64,000 nt of DNA from Candidatus Aminicenantales bacterium (GTDB taxonomy: Bacteria; Acidobacteriota; Aminicenantia; Aminicenantales; Saccharicenantaceae), in NCBI GenBank assembly GCA_049512315.1, contig JBEKXF010000006.1, forward strand, positions 1 through 64,000. The letters run 5' to 3'. A program made the position numbers and the translations under genes. Under the pieces are notes generated by a model. That model was not told the DNA's origin. It saw only the letters and a list, made by a program, of their open reading frames with translations, and searched no databases. Positions 58,201 to 64,000 of this stretch are shown in pieces (the stretch's first letter is position 1; each line of letters begins with the position of its first letter).

Positions 58201-58587
58201 GGTATCGGCATCCGGGCCCCTCTCGAGGGCGACGCCGCCTACGCGGGAATGGAGATCCAGATCCTCGAGGACGGCTCCCCCGTCGATCATGACCTCCAGC
58301 CCTACCAGTTCCTCGGCTCGATCTACGGCGTCGTCCCGGCAAAGCGCGGCCTCCTGCGGCCTGTCGGCGAATGGAATGCGGAGGAGATCGTCGCCCGGGG
58401 CCGGCAGGTCACTGTCACGGTCAACGGGACGAGAATCGTCGACGCCGATATCGACCAGGCGAGCGCGGGCGGTACCATCGATCACCGGGACCACCCCGGC
58501 CTAAAGCGGGAAAACGGGCACATCGGCCTCCTCGGCCACGGCTCGACCGTCGAGTTCCGGAACCTCAGGATCAAGGAGACGAAGTGA
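55201..58587 (+). CDS. HEAT-repeat protein with two DUF1080 (3-keto-glycoside hydrolase) domains
   Basis: HEAT-like helical repeats followed by two LFNG.DL.GW..(D/N)(S/N)GI..G.I.L..HG..(Y/F)RN domains. Confidence 0.9.
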   Translation: MRKTQAIVLIISAILLSASAARGLDNSAGLKARVIGLLGRFPAADAAGRDSLSADLLKLGPGAVAEICGRVLPPGQGDDSAARFALNGLAVYVTRAGADTDRTVYVRALLEAIKNAADKDVKAFLISQVQWTGAKESLKPLAGYLTDEKLAEPAAQALLATRRPEAAGLFLKALDSAPPAAKVTIVKALGEMRSREAVKKILPFAESADEKLRQTALFALANIGDPRAGAALDRARIAAPLHERSQAPSLYLFYARRLLEAGKAAEGLAICRGLLKYYATPAESHIATNALGLIVATLKDRALPDLLAVADSPDGRFRAAALEMATSIPGTEATARWVEKAASSPSEVRAAIISMLGRRGDPAALPAVRNALRDSDRTVRLAAIPAAVRLGGADVLPGIFPFFDSSDAGEIAAAKQAVLGFEARLVVPETVRRMDQAPAAGRAALIEILAEKGSRDRVDLVFGQAASPEPVVRAAAMDALAKLAGERDLARLLELLFAAADSEETVRLQKALAAAAGRNPDPERRVDELIGLMTKAPAARKAVILKVLPRVGGSGALRAVIDETRDKDPQVQAAAVYALSQWPDFKAADELLRIVSTTTNKKYLLLALEGYARLVNGSDDPRWKKLELLRSALGLPKDDADRKPVLRAVAELRGPEAFRLLSEQLGNPALRATAVQGLLDMASEQSSEERWLSGQEAISILRRVESSSEDPGERDLATKVIADRLKQGGFVPLFNGLDLDGWKGLVADPPKRAKMTADELKKAQAEADDIMRSHWSVADGVLAFDGKGESLCTARDFADFEMLVDWKIDKGGDSGIYLRGSPQVQIWDPTANPEGSGGLYNNQKGPSKPLEKADRSVSGWNSFRIIMIGERVTVYLNDRMVVDNTILENYWERDKPIYSTGQIELQAHGNPLWYRNIYIREIPRDGEAPGLSDAEKDDGFVPLFNGRDLSGWTGDTKGYAAENGKIVIDPGRGSGNLYTEKEFADFVLRFEFKLTPAANNGIGIRAPLEGDAAYAGMEIQILEDGSPVDHDLQPYQFLGSIYGVVPAKRGLLRPVGEWNAEEIVARGRQVTVTVNGTRIVDADIDQASAGGTIDHRDHPGLKRENGHIGLLGHGSTVEFRNLRIKETK

Positions 58588-58681
58588 CCGGCCTGCCCCG
58601 AAAAAGGGCCGCGGAGAGATGCTTTCTCCCTTTTCGGACTTCGGGTAGAATGGCAGCAAGCTCTATTTATAGGAGGGACAG

Positions 58682-59290
58682 ATGTTCCATAAAACAGGCT
58701 TGAGTTCCGCGGCTCGGACATGTTTCGCCATCGCCCTGGTTCTGTCGTCCGCCATCGCGCTCCAGGCGCAAACGGCACAGGACCAACAGAAGGCCATGGA
58801 GATGTACATGCAGCTGGGCGCGGTCGGCGAGAACCACGCCTATCTCAAACAGTACGTGGGCAAATGGAAGGTCGAGGTGACGATGTGGACGTTCCCGGGC
58901 TCGCCCGCCACGGCGTCCGAAACCGCGGCCAAGGGGGAGCTCATCCTCGGCGGACGTTTCCTGAGGATGACATATTCCGGAACGATGATGGGTCAGCCGT
59001 TCGAGGGGGTCCAGACCCTGGGCTACGACAATCTCCAGAAAAAGTACGTTTCCCTCTGGATTGATAGCACGAGCACCGCGTTCTATCAGACGACGGGTAT
59101 CTTCGACGCGGCGGCCAAGACTATGACCGAGGCAGGACTTTGGCCCGACCCGATGTCCGGCGGGAAAGTCAAGGTCCGGAACGTGACAAAATGGCTCGGC
59201 CCGGACGCGTTCACCTATGAAACGTACATGACCCTGCCGAACGGCAAGGAATTCAAGTCCATGGAGGAGCGCGCCGTCCGGGTCAAGTGA
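58682..59290 (+). CDS. Exported DUF1579 protein
   Basis: H..L...VG.W, ILGGRFL, F.G....GYDN..K.Y...WIDS.ST. Confidence 0.85.
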   Translation: MFHKTGLSSAARTCFAIALVLSSAIALQAQTAQDQQKAMEMYMQLGAVGENHAYLKQYVGKWKVEVTMWTFPGSPATASETAAKGELILGGRFLRMTYSGTMMGQPFEGVQTLGYDNLQKKYVSLWIDSTSTAFYQTTGIFDAAAKTMTEAGLWPDPMSGGKVKVRNVTKWLGPDAFTYETYMTLPNGKEFKSMEERAVRVK

Positions 59291-59309
59291 TCCCGAGGCT
59301 CCGGGTCTT

Positions 59310-60959
59310 TTATTTCCGGGCCGCGTTCGGGGAGGGAGAAGGGTTTGCGGGCGCTCCGCCGTTCAGCACGACGGACATCTTCCCGCTCCCGAGCCCCAGG
59401 GCTTCGCGCATGGCCGCGTTAACCTGGGTGTTGTCGATGATGGGCCCCGGATACCAAGTTCCCGCGTACTTCAGGAATAACGGCGCGGCGCGGCCCGAGA
59501 CGGCGAGCGTCACGAGCTCGTTGGTGTGGCCGATGGTCGAGTAGCTCACCTCGCCGCCGGGGTAGATATACGGAGACTTAAAGGCCGACACCGCGGGGCG
59601 GGGTGGGACCGGATGCCGGCCGTTTCCGTTCGTTTGATCCGGCGCCGCCTCATCTTCCTTCGCCCGAACCAACTGCCGCGGCAGCTCGCCGGCACCCAGG
59701 GGTTTCGCCGGATTCAGGCGCAGGCCTCCCGTCGCGTGGTCGGCGGTCACCAGCAGGACGGTGTTCGTCCAGTCGATGTCGTCCCCGGGCCCGTCGACGA
59801 ACGCCACGGCCGCCCGGACCGCCTCTTCAAGGTCTCTCATCGTTGCGATCAGGCCGCTGAAATTGTTGTCGTGGTTGGCCCAGTCGATGTCACCCTGCTC
59901 CGCCATGAGGAAGAAACCGTTGGGGTTCCGGCCGAGGACCCGCAGGGCCGCCAGGGTGGCGTCCTTGAGGGTGAGGTCCTCCGCCGACTCCCGAGTGAGT
60001 CTGGGAGATCCCGGATGAGCCTCGGGAACGGGCAGGACGAAGCTCCCGTCGCTTCCGCCATAAAGCCCGAAGAGTTTTTTCCCCTGGGCCCGGGCCCGTT
60101 CCGCAGCCTCATGGAGAGTCCGGGCTCCCTCGGCGCCGGCCTGTCTCTCGGCGAAGACATATTCGGTCGACGACTTGAGCGCTCTGTAGAGGCCCTCCGA
60201 AATATACCCTTTTTTCGTGTCGAAGGTCGGGTTGTCGAACATGGGGTTCCCGCCGCCGATGACGACGTCGGGCTTCACCCGGAGGATGATCTCGTCGGCG
60301 ATGCCGAGCCCCTCGTATCCTTTGTATCCGGTGTAATAGTGGTTCCGGCTGGTGTTGTGGCTGACGAAGGCGGCCGGCGTCGCGTGGCTGAAGGGCACGG
60401 TCGTGATGACGCCGATCGCCCCTCCCCGCCGGCCTCGGAATTCCTCGGCGATCGTGGGCAGTCCGCCCCAGGGCTGTCCCCCGGGCCGCCAGGCGATATT
60501 GCCGCTGATCGTCTTCGCCCCTGTCGCCAGGGCCGTCGCCGCGGAGGCCGAATCCGTGGCCGGCTTGGCGAGCGATGCCCCCGCCCACAGGGAGCCCTCA
60601 TCAGGATACGGCCGGACGCCTTCCCGCCCGACGTCGTAGCCGAGCGACGGGGCGAAGGCCGAGTCCGAATACGCGGCCCGGTTCTCCTTCCTGGCGTTGC
60701 TATCATAGGCGGTGACATCCCAGGTCGCAACATAGGACGTTCCCGGAAAGGAATGCCAGGCCAGGGCCCGGTCCTTGCCGTAGAGGTAGCGGCTGGCGGC
60801 GACCTCGGATTCGACCGACATGCCGTCGCCGATAAACAGGATGACGTGCTTGAAGGACGGCTGCCGGCCGCAGCTTGGGCAAAAGAGAACGGTCAATGCG
60901 GACAGGGCCGCGCTCGCGATCCAAAAACGGGCGCCGGGCATGATCCCACGGTTTTTCAT
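59310..60959 (-). CDS. Alkaline phosphatase family protein
   Basis: VILFIGDGM, TDSASAATA (catalytic Ser), HATPA, E.G.IDWANH, TADH.TGG, HTNE.V. Confidence 0.92.
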   Translation of the reverse strand: MKNRGIMPGARFWIASAALSALTVLFCPSCGRQPSFKHVILFIGDGMSVESEVAASRYLYGKDRALAWHSFPGTSYVATWDVTAYDSNARKENRAAYSDSAFAPSLGYDVGREGVRPYPDEGSLWAGASLAKPATDSASAATALATGAKTISGNIAWRPGGQPWGGLPTIAEEFRGRRGGAIGVITTVPFSHATPAAFVSHNTSRNHYYTGYKGYEGLGIADEIILRVKPDVVIGGGNPMFDNPTFDTKKGYISEGLYRALKSSTEYVFAERQAGAEGARTLHEAAERARAQGKKLFGLYGGSDGSFVLPVPEAHPGSPRLTRESAEDLTLKDATLAALRVLGRNPNGFFLMAEQGDIDWANHDNNFSGLIATMRDLEEAVRAAVAFVDGPGDDIDWTNTVLLVTADHATGGLRLNPAKPLGAGELPRQLVRAKEDEAAPDQTNGNGRHPVPPRPAVSAFKSPYIYPGGEVSYSTIGHTNELVTLAVSGRAAPLFLKYAGTWYPGPIIDNTQVNAAMREALGLGSGKMSVVLNGGAPANPSPSPNAARK

Positions 60960-61034
60960 GTTAGCTATTTATTATAATCCTCAGTAAAAATGCTCCGATT
61001 CCTGAGATGAAAATTCCCGATATTTTCGCCCGAG

Positions 61035-61613
61035 TCAGGGTTTCTTGATCTCCCCGACGAGCAGGACTTCGCGGCCTCTGGCCTCGTTCAGGACCTCGGC
61101 CATGGCCAGGTAGATCGCGGACAGGCCGCAGGCGATGCCCTCGCAACCGGCGATCCTGCCGACGAGGACAGACCCGGTCCAGTCCCGGGCGGCGAGCAGC
61201 CAGAAGAGGACCGTCAGGCTTAAGAAGACAAACTGAATAGCGCGGTTCTTGCCGAAGGTCCCGATCCACATGAAGAACGTGAACAGGCCCCACAGGAACA
61301 GGTACCATCCCATGAAGGGGACAGGCGTCGCTCCGCCGTTGGGCGGGTTCAGCCCGGGAATGACCCAGGTCGCGACAAGAGTCAGCCAGAAAAAGCCGTA
61401 GGACGTGAAGGCGGTCGTGCCGAACGTGTTCCCCTTCTTGGATTCCATGATCCCGGCGATGATCTGGGCGATCCCGCCGTAGAAAATGCCCATGGCGAGG
61501 ACCATAGCGCTGACCGGGAAGAATCCTGCGTTGTGAATGTTGAGAAGGACCGTGGTCATCCCGAAGCCCATCAGGCCGAGGGGCGCGGGGTTGGCGAGCT
61601 TGTTGTTGTCCAT
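61035..61613 (-). CDS. satP: Acetate uptake transporter (GPR1/FUN34/YaaH)
   Basis: LANPAPLGLMGFGMTTVLLN, FYGG.AQ, GNTFG.TAF.SYG.FW. Confidence 0.92.
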   Translation of the reverse strand: MDNNKLANPAPLGLMGFGMTTVLLNIHNAGFFPVSAMVLAMGIFYGGIAQIIAGIMESKKGNTFGTTAFTSYGFFWLTLVATWVIPGLNPPNGGATPVPFMGWYLFLWGLFTFFMWIGTFGKNRAIQFVFLSLTVLFWLLAARDWTGSVLVGRIAGCEGIACGLSAIYLAMAEVLNEARGREVLLVGEIKKP

Positions 61614-61714
61614 CGAGGCCCTCCTTGAAGGCTCAAAAATGGCCCCTATGGTATACCTCGCCCTTCGCGAGTGTCAAGAAAAAGGGAGGGCGGCGCTGTC
61701 TCCAGATTGGGCCG

Positions 61715-62188
61715 TTACTTGAGTTCGACCTTGGCCTCGTTCATCCAGATCCCGTGGATGTTGCAGCGCTCGAAGGCCTGGAGATGAGCGGGGACCGACT
61801 TCAGCTCGAACGTCGCGATCGGGGCGGGATCGGTCGCCACGAAATCTTTCCTGCCGAGGACTTTCCCCATGCCGTCCTTCAGCATGATCCACATGATGTA
61901 ATGAGGCTTTTGGGGATCCATGGGGTGATTGTCGACCTTCACGGTGACCTTCAAGCCCATGTCCATCTTCTCATACGTGATCTCGGGAACGTGCTTGTCC
62001 TTTGCGGCGGCCCAAGGACCAGGGTTCTCCCGGGTATACGGCTTGTCCTGCTTGTATTCACTCTGAATCTGGGGCTTGCTCTGACCGTACCCGGCCTGGG
62101 CGCTTGGCGTTCCGGATCCCAGGGCGCTCAGCGTCAACGCCGCGGCCGCCAAAACGACTGGAATCAAAAGCAGACAATTCTTTTTCAT
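61715..62188 (-). CDS. Exported superoxide reductase/desulfoferrodoxin-like protein
   Basis: Signal peptide; DKHVP, HPM, HYIMWI and CNIHG iron ligands; AAGGAGG RBS. Confidence 0.8.
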   Translation of the reverse strand: MKKNCLLLIPVVLAAAALTLSALGSGTPSAQAGYGQSKPQIQSEYKQDKPYTRENPGPWAAAKDKHVPEITYEKMDMGLKVTVKVDNHPMDPQKPHYIMWIMLKDGMGKVLGRKDFVATDPAPIATFELKSVPAHLQAFERCNIHGIWMNEAKVELK

Positions 62189-62375
62189 ATGGCCCTCCTT
62201 TGATCCCGGGCGCCTCGCCCGGCTCGCTTCTAATATCCCAGAATCCGGCGGCAATATCAAGGCGAGGCGGGTATGGCTCGTCGCCCTTTGGGCGACGGGA
62301 GCGGGGCCGAGCAGCCGAGCGCGTTTTCCACGCCGGGGAAAACGGGCGGGAGTTCTAGCCGGATTCCCCGGACCT

Positions 62376-63623
62376 TCACATGCCATACTTGGCGATGATC
62401 TCCTGCTTGGTCTTGCCCAGGATGTCGAACTTCTTGCCCACCTTGGTGAAGACCGCGAGCGCCTTGTCGAGGTGGTGAATCTCGTGGCCGGCCGAGATCT
62501 GGGTCCGGATCCGGGCCTGGCCCTGGGGCACGACGGGGAAGAAAAAGCCGATGGCGTAGATCCCCTCGTCGTAAAGGCCCTGGGAGAAGTCCTGCGAGAG
62601 CTTGGCGTTGAAGAACATGACGGGCACGATCGGGGTATCCCCTTCCTTGAGGACGAAACCGGCCTCGGTCAGCCCCTTCCTCCAGTAGGCGGCGTTCCGC
62701 TCGAGCTTGTCGCGGCGCTCGGTCGACTTGGAGAGGATCTCCATGACCTTGAGGACGCCGGAGACGACGACCGGGGCGATGGTGTTCGAGAAGAGGTACG
62801 GCCTGGCCCGCTGCCGGCAGAGCTCGACCAGCTCGCGGCGCCCCGAAACGCAGCCCCCGGACGCGCCCCCGAGGGCCTTGCCGAAGGTCGTCGTGATGAC
62901 GTCGATCTTGCCCACGACGCCGCACCTCTCGTGGGTCCCGCGGCCGGTCCTGCCGATGAACCCCGTCGAGTGGGAATCGTCGACGAGGAGCATGGCGTCG
63001 TATTTCTCGCACAGGGCCACCATCTCATCGAGCTTGGCCGCGTCGCCGTCCATGGAGAAGACGCCGTCCGTGACGACGAGCTTGAAGCGCTTATCGGCGT
63101 GGAGCTGGAGCTTCTCCTCGAGGTGGGCCATGTCCGAATGCTTGATCGTGTCGTGCATGGCGCTGCAGAGCCGGATGCCGTCGACGAGCGAGGCGTGGAC
63201 GAGGCGGTCCGAGATGATGACGTCGTCCTTGGTCAGGATGGCTTCGAAGACGCCGGCGTTGGCGTCCATGCAGGAGGGGAAAAGGAGCGTGTCCTCTGTC
63301 CCCAGGAATTCGGTCAGGCGATGCTCGAGCTCGCGGTGGATGTCCTGGGTGCCGCAGATGAAGCGGACCGACGACATGCCGTAGCCGCGCGTCTCGAGCC
63401 CCTCGTGCGCCGCCTTGATGACGTCCGGGTGGCTCGAGAGCCCCAGGTAGTTGTTGGCGCACATATTGATGACTTTCTTGAGGGGCGAGCCGGCGGGGAA
63501 TTCGACCTCGATGTCGGCCGCCTGGGGCGAGTGGATGAACCGCTCCTGCTTAAAGAGGCCGGCGTCCTGGATGCCCTTGAGCTGACCCTGGTATGTCCCG
63601 CGGATCTTGTCGCTGTAAGCCAT
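62376..63623 (-). CDS. kbl: Glycine C-acetyltransferase (2-amino-3-ketobutyrate CoA ligase)
   Basis: CANNYLGL, SVRFICGTQD.H, DGVFSMDG, DDSH, TFGKALGGASGG, RPYLFSN. Confidence 0.92.
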   Translation of the reverse strand: MAYSDKIRGTYQGQLKGIQDAGLFKQERFIHSPQAADIEVEFPAGSPLKKVINMCANNYLGLSSHPDVIKAAHEGLETRGYGMSSVRFICGTQDIHRELEHRLTEFLGTEDTLLFPSCMDANAGVFEAILTKDDVIISDRLVHASLVDGIRLCSAMHDTIKHSDMAHLEEKLQLHADKRFKLVVTDGVFSMDGDAAKLDEMVALCEKYDAMLLVDDSHSTGFIGRTGRGTHERCGVVGKIDVITTTFGKALGGASGGCVSGRRELVELCRQRARPYLFSNTIAPVVVSGVLKVMEILSKSTERRDKLERNAAYWRKGLTEAGFVLKEGDTPIVPVMFFNAKLSQDFSQGLYDEGIYAIGFFFPVVPQGQARIRTQISAGHEIHHLDKALAVFTKVGKKFDILGKTKQEIIAKYGM

Positions 63624-63627
63624 GGCT

Positions 63628-63888
63628 TTATCCCTTCTTCGCGACGAATTCCTGGACGAGGGAGGCGATCTTGTTGACCGAGTCGAAGGCCTCGGGAGTC
63701 GCCTTGTCATCCGGGATCTGGATCGCGTACTTGTTCTCGAGGAACCTCTTCAGCGAGACCATCGAGAACGAGTCCACGATCCCGCCCGAGATGAGGGGCG
63801 TGTCGTAGGTTAGGGCCTCGCTGTCGTCCTCAAGGTATTCCTTGGTCACGTAATTCAGGACGATGTCTTTCAAACCTTCCAGGGCCAT
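63628..63888 (-). CDS. Acyl carrier protein
   Basis: Acidic 86-aa protein with the GIVDSF phosphopantetheine site; AGGAG RBS. Confidence 0.88.
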   Translation of the reverse strand: MALEGLKDIVLNYVTKEYLEDDSEALTYDTPLISGGIVDSFSMVSLKRFLENKYAIQIPDDKATPEAFDSVNKIASLVQEFVAKKG

Positions 63889-63918
63889 GGTATTTCTCCT
63901 TCTTATTCAGATTTTATG

Positions 63919-64000
63919 CTAATCGTTTTCAAGGGTGGAGGTGTCGCCGATCTCCTCGCCCCATTCTTTGGCGTGGAGGATGCGGCGCATGATCTTGCCG
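63919..64000 (-). CDS. C-terminus of an acetyl/acyl-CoA synthetase (partial)
   Basis: Manual translation GKIMRRILHAKEWGEEIGDTSTLEND* shows the A10 motif GKIMRR and a GD.STL tail. Confidence 0.85.
   Translation of the reverse strand, partial: GKIMRRILHAKEWGEEIGDTSTLEND

Noticed and set aside
7349..63677. Many long opposite-strand or alternate-frame ORFs (e.g. 7349..9145, 12091..13590, 38338..40305)
   Set aside because: These are shadow ORFs of GC-rich genes with no recognisable motifs.

Overview
High-GC bacterial chromosomal window. The zinc-ribbon/kinase/TM/TPR protein and the general gene content suggest an Aminicenantes/Acidobacteriota-like anaerobe; this is inference only. (1) 1-6960 is an AT-richer accessory region directly downstream of a tRNA-Pro/tRNA-Arg pair. 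It holds the left end of an IS3 (IS407-group) element and a stack of units built from a tRNA 3' fragment, periodic integrase/Xis-like arm repeats (absent in one unit), a conserved 90-115 bp element, a sigma70 promoter and a cargo gene. No integrase is present in the window. This is the best candidate for an undescribed system. (2) 7.3-22 kb is housekeeping: mutL, mtaB, purE, purD, glyA, rpiB, S41 protease, tatA/tatC, ALDH, P-loop kinase, dCMP deaminase and a MurQ-like protein. (3) A RAYT transposase frameshifted by an 8-bp duplication lies between 43-bp inverted REP-like ends. (4) An operon encodes two Ddl-like ATP-grasp ligases, a GNAT and KamA. (5) queCDE is followed by a queF-EamA-UbiA-DUF362 block that appears inverted between two ~208-bp inverted repeats. 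(6) The remainder holds a radical SAM protein, ilvE, tsaA, GH172, an orphan promoter-terminator unit, a cobalamin riboswitch with a TonB receptor, a Pat-like protein, glycoside hydrolases, a porin, a long-form fhs, a 3-keto-glycoside pair, alkaline phosphatase, an acetate transporter, an exported SOR-like protein and an acyl-CoA synthetase-ACP-kbl operon. All calls are by eye from motifs; no database searches were run.
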